Both the position numbers and the translations under genes were made by a program. The notes below the pieces were generated by a model. The model worked only from the letters and a program-made list of their open reading frames with translations. It did no database searches and was not told the origin of the DNA. A DNA stretch of 63,728 nt, the filler included, from Hyphochytrium catenoides (lineage: Eukaryota > Protista > Hyphochytriomycota), in NCBI GenBank assembly GCA_900088475.1. It is 10 parts of 10 records of this genome, joined end to end, with 100 filler letters (N's around TTAATTAATTAA, not from the genome) between each part and the next. Parts side by side here need not be neighbours in the genome. Positions count along the whole stretch, not along the records: positions 46,799 to 63,728 come from FLMG01004478.1; 9 more parts are not named here. One strand, 5' to 3'. Below are positions 48,922-61,974 of the stretch, in pieces; position 1 is the stretch's first letter, and each line of letters opens with the position of its first letter.

Positions 48922-49290
48922 GTTTTACCTTGCAATGGAGGCTCTTGAGGGCGTCTGGCTCGTTCGACCTTGCATCTGTGCTTGTTCCAGGAGGTAGCAG
49001 GTCAGCTGTTGGTTGATGGCGGTAGAATAGGTCTTTTTGACAGCCACGGAAAGTCGAGAAAGAGAGAGAGAAAGAGAGAAGAGAGAGAAGAAAAGAGGTA
49101 ATGCCGGGCAGAGAGGGAGAGATGTGAGATGAGTCTAAAGAAAAACGTCAGGATGTGGGCAGTAGGTTAAATGAGCCAGAAGAGACATTGCCAAGAGATG
49201 GGAAACCGGAAGTGACGAGGACACTGCGACAGGCGAGAGAGAGAGAAATATGGGCCGAAGAAAACAAAAGTTGATTAAAGAGTGACGCGA

Positions 49291-49323
<33 letters not shown>

Positions 49324-50185
49324 GGTGTGGAAGACTTGCCTAGATGGAGGTAATATATCCGATTAAGAGAAAGAGACGACAACGGTGAGGGAGGAATAGT
49401 GAGAGCGAGAGAGAGCGAAAGAATTATAAGAGAGAGAGAGACTGCAGCTTACATTCATAAAGATCTCACAGATGAAGTATGTTTGCAGCGCCACCAGCAA
49501 GAAAGAGACAAGAGGGAAGGCCAAGGGCTGCAGCAAGAACCAGGACACTGCTAACGTGACCGTGAGCACTGTTAGCTTTCCCTACAAGGGAGAGAGGAGC
49601 AAAAGAGAGAGAGAGAGAGAAAAAGAGAGAGAGAGACTTTAGCGATTAGTTCATTCAATACATTTGAAGGCTGCTCTTACCACGAAGACAGCAGAATCTC
49701 CCACTTCTTCGAGCGACACAATGTTAGCAAGGTCCAAATAGATCAGGCGGCTGGCAACCTAGCGACAGGGGGAAGAGAAGAAAGAGATTTATCTAAAAGG
49801 TCAGAAGAGAGAGAGAGAGAGATGGGAGAAAGAGAGCGAGGCAGAGAGAAAGAGAGAGAGAAAGGGAAGGTAGACAGCAAAATGCGATCTTTCAGACTGA
49901 GGAAGAGTGACGGATAGATGTTGATTCTTGAAAGGCAGCGGGTGTCAAGAGACCACGAGAGGAAGCGAGGATAAGGAGAAAGAGAGGGAGGGAGGAAGAG
50001 AGAGAAAGAGAGAGAGAGTCCATCTTGTGTCTAACCTCTGCGGATCTCAGATAATGTGTGCCATGTATGGCGGTGATATAATATGCGCCACGCGTCACGT
50101 AGGTTCCGAAAACCGTGAAGCAGAAGGTGCAGCACTGCCATGTAGATAAGAGAATGTAGGCGGTGGAAAAGACACGAGAGAGAGA

Positions 50186-50224
<39 letters not shown>

Positions 50225-50708
50225 AGAGAGAGAGAAACAGAGAGAGAGAAACAGAGAGAGAGAGACAGAGTTAAGGAGATGGAGGGCATCTAAAAGCACG
50301 GGTTGAATGAAAGCAGAGGCCGTTGGAATAAGAGAAGGTGACAGTCATGAGCAAACCTTCTCTTTCAGAAGAGAAGGGGAGAGAGAGAGAGAGAGAGTGA
50401 GTGCGAGGGAAAGAGAGAAACAGAAGGAGAGGAGATTGAAGAGAGTGTCCGGAGAGGAGCTTGGCTAACACAAAAGAGAGAGAGAGACAGACAGAGAGAG
50501 AGAGAGAGAGAGAGCAAACAGTACCGATATTATAGAGAGCAGTATCTTTAGTGCCGTGTTAGTGGTTGTCTCGTAGATGTGAGAGAGAAGAAGGAGAGGG
50601 CGTCTGAAGGGAGAGAGAAGAGGAAGGAGAAAGGACCCGAACGCCACGGTCCCCATATGATAACGGAAGACCAAGGACGTGGAGAGACCTGTGCTGGACT
50701 GGAAAGGA

Positions 50709-50746
<38 letters not shown>

Positions 50747-51038
50747 GAGAACAGCGTCAATAAGAAAGTTGATTCGAAGAGGAGACAAAGAGGAGAGACT
50801 ACAATCTCAAAGAGAAAGCCTAGAGTAGTACAGGGTCAACTACTACTCTGTAGCGCTAACCTACGTGGAAAGTAGGAGACAGAGAGGGAGGCTAGAAGAA
50901 AGAATAAGAAAGAAGAGAGACGGAGACTAAACAGGAAATTTCTCTCTCTTTCTCTCTCTCTCTGTCTGGAAGGAGACAGAGCGTGAGGCTAGAAGAAAGA
51001 ATAAGAAAGAGGAGAGACGGAGACTAAACAGGGCATTT

Positions 51039-51090
<52 letters not shown>

Positions 51091-51516
51091 TTCGTTTCCC
51101 CTCTCGCTCGTTTCTCAGAGTTCTTTACCTTCTCTTCTCTCCCTGGTGGCGCGGCAGCAACTGCATCTTTCCCTTCCTGAAAGTACTCGATGGCGACTGT
51201 GGTCGCGAGGAGCAGCTCTTCCGTGTGAAGAATGAAGTTTCCGAGCCATAGCAGCGCGAGACAGTGGACCAGAAAGAAGAGAAAGAACGTCCGAGAAGGT
51301 TGCCAAGACAGTCCCCGCACAGGGACTAACGAGTAAGAGGAAGAGAGAGAGAATCGGCGCAAAATGGAGAGAGAAAGAGAGGGAGAAAAACGATATGAGA
51401 GCGGGAGAAAGAGGGAGAGAATGGAATGCATTCAAAGCGTGAGGGTGGTGACAACAAGAGAGAGAGACAGAGGATGAGAGAGATTCCCGGAGGAAAAAAA
51501 TATGAGGGACAGAGGG

Positions 51517-51560
<44 letters not shown>

Positions 51561-51751
51561 ACAGAGAGTGAAAAAGAGAGATAAAGAGGTCGATGCAGCA
51601 ACAGAAAGACGGTTAGTCGAGTGAGGTGAGAGGTAAGAGAAGAGAGCAAACAGAGAAAGAAAGAGACAAAGAAGGGCTAAAGATGGAGGAAAAGAGATGA
51701 TGGTTGATCGAAGAGGATGGAGAGACAGGGATCAGGAGATCTAAAAGGGAG

Positions 51752-51793
<42 letters not shown>

Positions 51794-51931
51794 ATCACCT
51801 ACCGACGGCTGGGTCCTCAGCCCTAATCCTATAATACATCGGCTCTGTGCTGCCCGTGGACGTGTAGCAGACCAGACCGAACAGCCACCAGCACCAGAAG
51901 ACAGCGAAAGCAAGGAAGGTTACCTGGCAGC

Positions 51932-51975
<44 letters not shown>

Positions 51976-52746
51976 NNNNNNNNNNNNNNNNNNNNNNNNN
52001 NNNNNNNNNNNNNAGAGAAAGACGCTAAAGGGGAGAGAGAGAGAGACGCTGAAGGAGAGAGAGAGAAAGCGAGACGCTGAAGAAGAGAGAGAGAGAGGGA
52101 GAGACTGGCTTCCGCCCGGAGCGTCGATCAATACAAGTTGATTGTTAGTCAGAGGCATAGAGAGGCGGTGAAAGAGAGACAAAAGTCCCAGAGAGAGTGC
52201 GCGAGAGACAGAGAGAAAGACTGTCCCAGCGCAAGCAACTCACTCACTTACCAAAGGAACCAGCAGAAGTCGCGCCTGCTGTTTCAGGGCAATGTTTCCT
52301 TGTTGGATAAAGCGGCGCGACCGCAATAGCTCTGAGAGATTAGAGGAAGCCAGTGAGAAGAGAGAGGAGAGAGAGACAAAAACGGGTGATGGGACGGCAC
52401 TATGGAACGGACACCTCACAAAAGAAGTTGATCAGAAACTCTAAAAAACAGAAGCGAGAGCAGAAAACAAGAAGTCAACCACGAGACAGCGCGAGAGAGA
52501 AGAGAGAGGGAGAGAGAGAGAATGAGAGACAGAAAGAGAAAGTAGAGGAGAGACAGAGAGAGCACCAGACACCAAGCCCGGGAGTGCAAATATAATCCCT
52601 TACGTTGTCTATTGAACCAAACAATGACGAGAAAGAGAAGCGCCCAAACGCCAAGAAAGATGGCCATGGACTTGACACTCAGCTTCTGCTTATAGTCAGG
52701 CAGCAGATCGGGACGCTGCTGATGCAAGAAATATCCCACAATCCCT
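48790..52746 (-). CDS. Choline transporter-like (CTL/SLC44/Pns1) membrane protein; 5' part missing at N gap
   Basis: Exons FIQQGNIALKQQARLLLVPL; VTFLAFAVFWCWWLFGLVCYTS; LLWLGNFILHTEELLLATTVAIEYF; FRYHMGTVAFGSFLLPLLSPFRR; YVTRGAYYITAIHGTHYLRSAE; GKLTVLTVT..FICEIFMN|TYSTAINQQLTCYLLEQ..SSVREYLQE* (stop 48790-48792). Confidence 0.87.
50874..51060. repeat. ~97-bp imperfect tandem duplication inside a CTL intron
   Basis: GAGGCTAGAAGAAAGAATAAGAAA..GAGAGACGGAGACTAAACAGG occurs at ~50889 and ~50985. Confidence 0.8.
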
Positions 52747-53132
52747 GACAAGAAGAGAAGAGAAGAGTCGCAAAGGAAGAGAAAGAAAGAGAGAAGGGAA
52801 AGAAGAAGAGAGTAAAATGGGAGCAAGAAATGATGGGGCATCATGGGGGGACATACCAAGGACAAGAAAGAGAAGGAAGAAAGAAGAGAGAGAGAGAGAA
52901 AAAGATGGAGAGAGAAAAGAGAGAGNNNNNNNNNNNNNNNNNNNNNNNNNNNNNNNNNNNNNNNNNNNNNNNNNNNNNNNNNNNNNNNNNNNNNNNNNNN
53001 NNNNNNNNNNNNNNNNNNNNNNNNNNNNNNNNNNNNNNNNNNNNNNNNNNNNNNNNNNNNNNNNNNNNNNNNNNNNNNNNNNNNNCATGTGAGATAGAGA
53101 CTGTGTGTGTGAGAGAGAGAGAGAGTAAGAGA

Positions 53133-53170
<38 letters not shown>

Positions 53171-53277
53171 TTATAGCTGAGATGCTAGAACAAACAGGAG
53201 TGAAGAAAGAGAATAGAGAAAGAAGAGAAGACAACGGCCGAACCCTCATCAGAGAGACTAGACGGAGAGCCGGTCAC

Positions 53278-54240
53278 CTTTATCCCTGTTACGGTCTCGC
53301 CAAGAAGAAAGCGTGCTCCATTCTCCCTCATCACGTGCATGAGGAAGGCCACCATTTCACGGTCCGCGAAGTCTAAGAGCTACAGCGACAACCGCAAGAG
53401 CGGTAAGCGAAACTAATATGATGAGAAACATAGAAAGGGACAATAATCGCGAGACACAGATGATTGGCAACGAAGCTTAGAACTATCGGAGGGAAGAAAT
53501 AAGGGGAGAGAGAGAGAGACAGGATAGCTGCGGTTCAAGGAAGGCGGGAAGGAGAGAGAAGAAGGGCGGACTACAAGGAAGTGGCGGAGACAAAGCACCA
53601 CCTTGGTCCTGCTGTCAATGATCGTCACGTTTGACCCAGGAAGAATGTTCACCATAGATGCATACTCTAGGCCTAAGAGAGGAGACAAAAGGAGAGAGAG
53701 AATAAGAGAGAGAGAGAAGGGAGATAGAGATAAAGAGAGGGGGTGAGGGGAGAGGAATGAAAATAGAAAGAGACAGAGCGAGCGAGCGAGAGAGAGAGAG
53801 AGAGAGAGAAAAAGAAAAGGAGGTTGAAAAGAGATGGTGGAAAGAGGAATGAGAAGTTACTCTGTAAAGACGTTCCGAGAAGAAGCAAAGCGTGGGAGGA
53901 AGCCGAAAAAATCAAAGAGACGGAGAAAGTATCGGGAGCGGTCTGCACAGAGAATTTTGGACTAGCTGGGTCCACTGAAGAAGATCCCTCGTGTCTGTCT
54001 GTCTGCCTCTCTCTCCACCCCTCTCTTCCTCTTGCACCCAGTTGGTCTCTCCTCACCTAGCACTCCGGCGCCTATAACAACCATGTGACGAGGCGCATCC
54101 TTGGCTCCTTTTGTGTGGAACTGATCGGTATCGAAAATGCGTTCTCCGTCTATAGGCATTCCTAAGGAAGGTGTACAGGTGATAAGCAAGGGCAAGAAAA
54201 GCCGAGACAAAAGGAAAGAAGGGCCACAGTGCTCAAGAAC

Positions 54241-54296
<56 letters not shown>

Positions 54297-56445
54297 GAAA
54301 ATAGAGAGTGTAACCCGAGATGTGGACTTAAGGAACCGGCGAGAGAGAACGATTGAGAGAAAGACAGAGAGAAAGAGACACTTAGGGGCCAGATACAGCG
54401 GTCGAAAAAGGAGCTAGAGAGTAGGCAAAGAGGAGGTCGCGAAGATGACCCACCTGATCGATGAGTTGGCGTGGTTCCGACACCGATGAAAAAGTTATGG
54501 GCCCGCAGTGTCGTCCTAGAAGGCACTTCGTAGGTAAAACAGAGAGAGAGGTCCCCGTCCTTTGACACTCTTCGAAGTTCTCCGGCATCATTCTCTCTCC
54601 TGATGAACAGGTCACGCTATTCTCTGCCTCTTGCCCACCTCACCGTCCTCATGTCACTGCCCTGTTCTTAGCGCGTGTTCCTCGAATGTGTTTGCCTTCC
54701 TGTTCTCTCTCTCTCTTTCTATCCTGTTGCTCTCTTTTCTCTCATCTGTTCGCTTCCTCTGCATCTAATCCCACGTCAGGCTTGTCCAGCCTCCATCAGC
54801 TACGCTCGCCATTGACTCACTTACGTCTTTGCCTGCTTCTCTTGTTCATCTCCCTTGTCTCCATCTCCTCCAGCCACCAGAAGCTCGTTTAGCCCAACAA
54901 ACTCTGCAGTCCCTCGTAGTACTAAATGGAGAAATGCGGCGGAGAGAGAAGACAAAGACGCGATGAGGAAAGGAGAGAGAGACCCGACCCCACAAATTCA
55001 ACCGGACCTGAGTACGGGTGCATGAAGACGCGAATGGAAGAAAGAGAGAAGACAAGAGAGCAAAAGAGAAAGACGCGAGAGGGGAGATGAGAGCCGCAGA
55101 GAGGAATGAAAGAGAGAGAGAGAGAGGTTAAAAAAGAGAGAGAGAAGCCTTACACTCAATCTTGTTTCTACTCAGAATCTGATGGACTGTCTCTGTTTGC
55201 GTCTCTATGACCCTATTGACTCTGTATATCACGTCTTGAAGTGCGATTTGCTTGTCATAGAACTTGGTGGGCTTGCCAAAGCTATTTAGGCGGTTTGAGA
55301 AGAGAGAGGGGCAGATAGAGACAAAAGAGAAGGAGATAGACGGTAGAAAAGAGAGGAAGAGATAGATAGAGAGTTTTTGTGTGAGAGAGAGAGAGCGCGA
55401 GGGAGAGAGTAGAAGACGAAAAAGGAGAGGACAATGTGATGGAGTCAAGGGAGATAATAGTACAAAGTGCGAGAGAAAGAGGGCTGTGAAGGTTAGACTG
55501 ATAGATTGAGAATACAAGGAGAAGCTGAGACAGAGGAACTCGTAGGACCTCTTAAGAAGACGCCAGGTAGACCAACAACAGGACGAGTCCTTATATCTTG
55601 GAGAAAGCACAGAGAGAGAAAGTTGGAGAGNNNNNNNNNNNNNNNNNNNNNNNNNNNNNNNNNNNNNNNNNNNNNNNNNNNNNNNNNNNNNNNNNNNNNN
55701 NNNNNNNNNNNNNNNNNNNNNNNNNNNNNNNNNNNAGAAGAGAACTGCTTCTCTGAAGGTCTTGGAAGGGATAGTCCCGCTGTGAATGCAGACACCGCCC
55801 AGCCATTGCGGACGCTCTACGAGGGCGACCTTCTTTCCTCTCTTTGCAGAGTCAACTGCACATGCCACCGCCGAAGGTCCAGAGCCTGTCCATGAGAATA
55901 TGAGAGAGAGTGAGAGTGAGAGAGACAGAGAGAGAAGAGAGAGAGAGAGGAACAGAAGCAGCGCAAGCCAGCAGGATGGACAAAGAGAGAGATTGAGGCA
56001 GAGGTATAGGAATATCGTATACTAAGCGAGGGGTCATTTCCTAGCCCTTAACCAAAAGGCTGAACCGACAGAGGAAGGCCAAAGAGACAGGAAGCAGACT
56101 CTGCGTGTTTGAGAGAGAGATAGCTGGAGGAAGAGAAGAGACAGAGAGACAGAGAGACAGAGAGAGAGAGAGAGAGAGAAACAGAGAGAGAGAGAGAGAG
56201 AGAGAAGAAGAGTGAGAGTGGAACTAGGGAAAGGAAAGGCTCCTGAGCGAGACCTATGCAAACCAGGTCATATTCCAGCGCATGTCCTGCAGGAGAAGGG
56301 TCAACCAGAGATGAGCACCCAGAGCAGGGAAACGCAGACCAGAACAGAAGCACAGACCTTCGTTAGCAGCACTGGTGGCCCCTCTCGTTAGCAAGGACCC
56401 TGCGGCCCATCGTCTCTGGTGACCCCGTCGCAGCGCGCTGATCAT
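53278..56445 (-). CDS. sthA: Soluble pyridine nucleotide transhydrogenase (SthA/UdhA family), spliced; C-terminal half missing at N gap
   Basis: Exons [16 protein letters not shown]..; EYDLVCIG|[49 protein letters not shown]; [29 protein letters not shown]; [10 protein letters not shown]; [14 protein letters not shown]; [21 protein letters not shown]|GLEYASMVN; [26 protein letters not shown]. CxxxGTIPSK with the second redox Cys replaced by Thr is diagnostic of STH. Confidence 0.88.
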
Positions 56446-56823
56446 ATTCCCAGAGGAAAGGCCCTGGCAAGCCTTGGTGAGAGCAGGACGAAAAGTTTGG
56501 AAAGAGATCCTTAGGCGGCCGCGGAAAGGAAGGGACAGCTACTGGGAGTTCAGCTGGCCCACGCCGCAACAGGGCAAGCTCAAGCAGCTCTGGGACTGTG
56601 AAGAACTGGGCGAAGCACCGCACAGTTAGAAGCTGGAAGAGGGAGCCACCGCTAGAAGTATCTAAAAGAGGACGAGGGCTGCAGGAGAGAACAAAGGGGG
56701 AGGGCAAGAGGAAGGTGGGAGAGCTGATTCTTCTGTAAAGACTCTCGCGCGGCGGCGAGCGAGGGATTGAATGTGTGTGTGAGAGAGAGAGAGACAGCGC
56801 TCGAGCGAGCGAGCGAGCGAGCA

Positions 56824-56825
<2 letters not shown>

Positions 56826-56892
<67 letters not shown>
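56826..56892. repeat. Representative (GA)n microsatellite; dozens of similar GA/CT tracts occur throughout the introns
   Basis: Long pure GA run. Other examples at 1235-1277, 5338-5370, 27177-27224, 48712-48771 and 51043-51084. Confidence 0.95.
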
Positions 56893-56894
<2 letters not shown>

Positions 56895-57154
56895 ACTCGT
56901 AGGAGGCCAGCATCATCATCAACGTACCGTAGCTTCGATCCATCAGGACATCCTACAAGTACAGGTAGAAAACCTTTCTTGTTAGAAAATAATCGAGTTT
57001 TCATTACAATCGATAACCAAAGAGCTGTAGGGATTGCGGATTGAGGCAGGAGAAACAGGAGATGATCGATGAGAGAGAGAGGAGACAGAGTATAGAGAGA
57101 CACCACTTTCACGGGCACAAGAGGAGAGACAGAGAGAAAGAAAAGGAAGAGACA

Positions 57155-57186
<32 letters not shown>

Positions 57187-57543
57187 AAGAGAAAAACGAG
57201 AAAGAGAAAATTACATTGAAAAAGAGACTTCGCCAGGTCAAAAGAATCAGAAAGAGAAAGAGCTCACTCTTTTCTATTTTGAGACTCCATCTACGGCTCC
57301 ATTATCTTTTCTCGATCACGGGCTTGTCTCACAGCAGCCTGAGGACAGAGTCTCTCCTTCAAGCTCTTTGCTCCCTCTGCTGCTACTCTCTCCCGAGCGA
57401 GCGAAGCAAAAGCCCATCAAAAGATCAGCATCAGGCGAGCTACAGACGACCCAGAAGGGCGACACAGACAGAGGGAGAGAGAGAAAAAGAGAGAGAGAGA
57501 GGTAGAGAGGATTGAATAGTAGCGTTCTCAAGGGTTTCACAGA

Positions 57544-60276
57544 ATGGCGGAAGAGAGTCTTAGTGAGCTTGTGGAGAAGCTAGCGACCTTTCGGGAGCAG
57601 TTGGAGCAGATCGAAGGACTGCTGGCCGGTGATCCGACCAATGAGGCGCTGATCAAGCTGAAGGAGGACCTGCTTGTCGTCATCAACCTGACAACTGACC
57701 TCGTAGGAAGCAGCATCGCTTTTCTTCTCTGCCTTCTCTCTCTCTATACTCTCTCTCTCTTTAGCTTTTCTCTTCTCTTTTTCTCTCTCTTTTTTGCGCT
57801 AGTAACCCGTGGGCCTATCTTCCGTACCTTGTTCAGATCTCCCTACTCTTCTGCTCCATGAATCTCTACTCGTCTCTCTCCGTCTCTCTCTCTCTTTTCT
57901 CCTGCTCTCGTCCTCTCTCTTTTTCTGATACTGAGCTTCCCTATCTTACATAGGTTAACATCAAGAAGGCAGAGGAGGAAGGCACTCAAGATAAGCATGA
58001 CGCTGGTGCTAAAGGTGACAACTCAATCTGCATTTCCCCAAATGAGTGCCCTCTCTCTCTCTCTCTCTGCCTCTCTCTTTCGCCTACTCCTCTCTTTGTC
58101 TTTGTCTTTCTCTCTCTCTTTTTGGTCTTACTCTCTCTCCGGCCCGGTTCACCACTCACTTTCTCTCTCTCTCTTGCTTCACCTATCTCTCTCCCGCCCT
58201 ACTCTTGCTCTCTCTACGTCTCTGCCAGTTCTCTCTCCTTTCTGCTAAACCTAAGCTCTTGCCTTGCTACTGACTAACTCCAGTCCTTTCCCCCTTCCCT
58301 GCTCCTTACGTCCAGCACCTCCACCTCCCCCAAGACAGAGAGAGAAAGAGAGAAGCGATGAAGAGGAGAGAGTAGGAGAGAGAGCGGCTCCTCCTGAAGA
58401 CACTTCTCTCCTAGAGGACCTAGAACTCTACTCCGTAGGCTCGATATATGAGACTAAGTTTGAAGGCTCCTGGTTCCCGGTTTACATCGAGAGTGCGACC
58501 TCTGATGGGCAGTACAATGTTATCTTCCTCGGCTATCGGAACACGGCCACGGTGCCGAGCAATGATCTGAGAGAGATAAAGGCACCAGAGGTAGGAGAGA
58601 GACCTCACTGCTCACTTGCTTCCTCTCTACTATGTTGAAAGATTCTCTCTCTTTTTGCCGAGGGTTCATCCTCGAATGCCCGATCCTGACTTTGGGCTAT
58701 GAATCTTCTGCCTCCTTCTCCCATGTGTTGCCTCTCTTTCTCTTGATGTCACGGCTGCAGCTCTCAGAGGTCTCTCGCAAACTCTCTTTCTCTTTCGACT
58801 CTTCTCTCTACGCTTGTAGAGGACACTAGATCCTATAGAAGTGGTCGAGGGCATGGAATGTGTGGCGAAGTACGCAGTGGACGGGAAGTACTATCCTGGT
58901 GTCATCAAGAGACAGACAGAGTACGGGTAAGGCAAAGGAAAACGAGTAGAGATGGCGGTGACAGCTGAAGCAATTCTTCGGACTTTTCCCTATTTCAGGA
59001 ATTCTACTCTCCTCTCTATGACGGTTCTCATTCTCTCTCTCTCTTGCCCGCGCTCACAGACTTATCTTCTTTGACGAGGCTTGACTACGTTTTGGCACTT
59101 GCTCTCATTCCGCTCCCTCTATCGGCTTGATTCCTCTCCCTTTCTCTCTCTCTTTCTGCTCTGTTGATTGGTCTATCTTTATGGACGCGCTAGGGCTCGT
59201 CTCCCTCTCTCTTTCTCTCTTTTATCCTATCCTTCCTGAGATCAACTCCCTTAACTCCTCCTTTCCTTCTGATGCCGCAGATTCATTGTAAAATTCACTG
59301 AATATGGTAACGAGGATGAAGTTCCAGCAGAGTACCTCGCGTACGTTCACTGAGTCTTCGGAAGAGCACATCTCACTGGAGTTCTTGTGACCTTTGCAAG
59401 GCCCTTGAGTTTATTCTTCTCGTCTCTTCTGTGCTATCATTCAAGCAACCTCGATGTTCAGCTCTGCAAATGACACGGTGACAAGTCGTTGTTACTCTCC
59501 TCTGTTCTTATCTCATCTTGCGAGGGCTTGGAACGCTGCCGCTAACGTTCTCTACTCTTTCTCTGCAGTCCGAAGAGCGCTGCAGTGGCTCTTTCGGCGC
59601 CCAAGCCAGTGGCTACTGCCCCTGTGAAGCCTGTCAAGGTAAGTGCACCGATACTCACTAGCGCTCACTAATGCTTCAGATCGGTATCTCTCTCTCTCTC
59701 TCTCTCACGGTCTTTCTCACGTCTTACATGTCCTCTTCCGTGGTCTATTGCTCTCATAGCCATTTGAGATCCCGGAGAATTTGAAGCCGCTGCCTACCGA
59801 CACAGAGGAAGAGAGAGAGAGAAAGAGAAAGAAGATCAAGGCGATCAAGAAGCGTCATAGAGAAATGGCATTAGATAGGTAAGCAGAAGAACACGATATG
59901 CAGCTGGTAGTGATCCAAAGAGAGACGAGGAAAGGAAAAAGACATAGAGAGACACCGTGGTAGCTTTATTGGGGCGCTTGAAACGGCGATCTCTCCTGTA
60001 CGTCTAGCTTCCCTCTTCACTGAGCGTCTTTCGGCGTCACTCTCATCTCTCATTCCTTGTCCCTCTCTGTGCAGTGAAAGTAAAGCCAAACAGAGCTCAT
60101 GGCAAAACTTCGCGACCAGTAAGAAGAAAGCAAAGAGCGGCTTCGTGTCCACAATGAAGAGAGAAAAGAGCATCTTCGCCTCTCCAGAAGGAGTCGAGGG
60201 AAAAGTAGGAGTAATCAACAGTGGGAAAGGGATGACCCAGTTTGATGACACAAGGAAGAGATATGTGTTAAAGTAG
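57544..60276 (+). CDS. SMNDC1: Survival of motor neuron-related splicing factor 30 (SPF30/SMNDC1) with two Tudor domains
   Basis: N-terminus LATFREQLEQIEGLLAGDPTNEALIKLKEDLLVVINLTTDL; Tudors at ~58430-58590 and ~58820-59340; EIPENLKPLPTDTEEERERKRKKIKAIK; KQSSWQNF..KSIFASPEGVEGKVGVINSGKGMTQF; stop 60274-60276. Confidence 0.92.
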
Positions 60277-60649
60277 CAAAGAGACGTCATAGCCTTTCTT
60301 TCCGCGCCAAGAGCAATTGCTCTTCCCTTCCTCGTCCCTTTCCTCTAGCAACTTCTCCTCCTACACGCTATCCACGGGACAAATAGACACAAAGGAGGCC
60401 CAAAGAGATGACCTGATGGGGTTGTGCTGAAGAGGAGTGTGTCCTCGTGCTAAAGGGCAGACAACAGAGAGTTCTTGTTCTGCAGTGGTTATGGGTGGCG
60501 AGGAAGAGAGCCGGGAGAGAGATACGTTTTCAAAGCCTAATCTCTTCTAGCGCATCTGCCCCATCGACTGAGCGACCTCTTCGTCGAGCCAGCTCCGCTG
60601 TTAGAGACAATAGAGTGGACGCGACAGGTAGAGTTGAGTTCTACGGAGA

Positions 60650-61974
60650 CTAGTGATGACAAAAGAACGAGGAAACAGGACAAGTCTGAGGAAGAAAGGA
60701 CAGAATTGGCTGCCCGGGCTGATAGTGAGCGAAAGCCAAGGACATATTTCGCTGAGAGAGAGCTGGGAGCGAGGAGAGAGTGTTTCCTATACCTGATCGT
60801 GGTGATAAAGCCTGAAGAGACGGAGAGGAAGATGGAGAAAAAGCTCTTCTCCTGTGCTCATCTTCTTCTTGGCCTCTCTCTCTCAAAGGAGAGAGCTCAT
60901 CCGTTCTCTCTTCCTCTTCTCCCCTGTTCAGTTCGGTCCCTCCTCTATCCTGTCCGCCTTCGTTGTGAGTGTCTCCTTCGTCTTGTCTTGGACCAACGGC
61001 CGCTTCATGCTCTGCCTCCACTCTTTCTCGGTCACTGCCCTGCCGTCGTCCTCTCTCTTCCAGATCTGTCATGAGTTGAAGGATGAAGTTCTGAAGCCTG
61101 ACTTGCATTCTTTCTTCGGTCGCTGCTCGTTCTAGATCCTCCTGCATCTATCAGCAGCAGAGCCACCCAAGTCAACCAAAAGGAGAGAGACACACACACA
61201 GATAACAATCGAAGCGAGCTGAGAGAGAAAGCAAGAATCCCAACCAAAGGAAGAAAAGTCATGATGGAAGAGGCTTGTTACGAAGGTGACCCTAGAGACA
61301 GAGAGAAGTTTGAAAGGAAGCGAGTCGGCACTGGCAGAGAATAGAGCGACCCAAGGGAAGCAGAAAGAAAGAGAGCCACGAACAAGCGTGGACAGGACTG
61401 AGGGCAAGGACTGACACCTTCCATGTTGGAAGAGGGGAAGAAAGGCTTTATGAATAACAGCGAAGAGACCAAGACACACCCAGTAAAGGGAGAAAGGGAT
61501 AGAGATTCATTGTATGTGAGCGCGTGAAAGGGGAGAGATGGATGAGGAGAGAGGCCGCGCGCGCGCGAGAGAGAGAGAGAGGAAGAGAGATTAGAGGAGC
61601 CGCATCGGCTGGGAATATGTGGGTACCTTGTCTATCCGCAGTTGCGCTGTAACACCTGCAAAGACAGCGAGTATGGCGCCCGCGCTGCAGAGAGAGAACG
61701 AAGGGCCCAGTGTATAGCAGTTCCCCAGAGATTCGCATTCGAGAGAGTTGAAGCCCAGCTTGAGATTAAGGAACAGCTTCGCCCAGAGAAGCATGCAGAC
61801 GCAGCCCCAGAGTCCTACCAATGGGTGAGAGGCAAAGCGCCAGGTCAATAATGCGAAGGAGAGAAGAAAAAGAAGAGGAGCAGCAAACGCTGCGGTCGCG
61901 ACAAGAGAGAAAAGGCACGCCATAAACGCCAGCAGATGACCAGATAAGCCCAAGAGTGAGCAGCAACTGCCCAT
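60650..61974 (-). CDS. Two-exon hypothetical membrane protein with a charged C-terminal tail
   Basis: Hydrophobic exon 61974-~61626 ends ..QLRIDK|gtacc and joins in phase at gatag|ATGCAGGAG (61147) to MQEDLERAATEERMQVRLQNFILQLM. Confidence 0.55.

Noticed and set aside
52746-53373. SthA-CTL transporter fusion gene
   Set aside because: The two partial genes meet at a 160-N gap too small to hold the missing SthA C-terminus and CTL N-terminus, so the gap is mis-sized or mis-joined.
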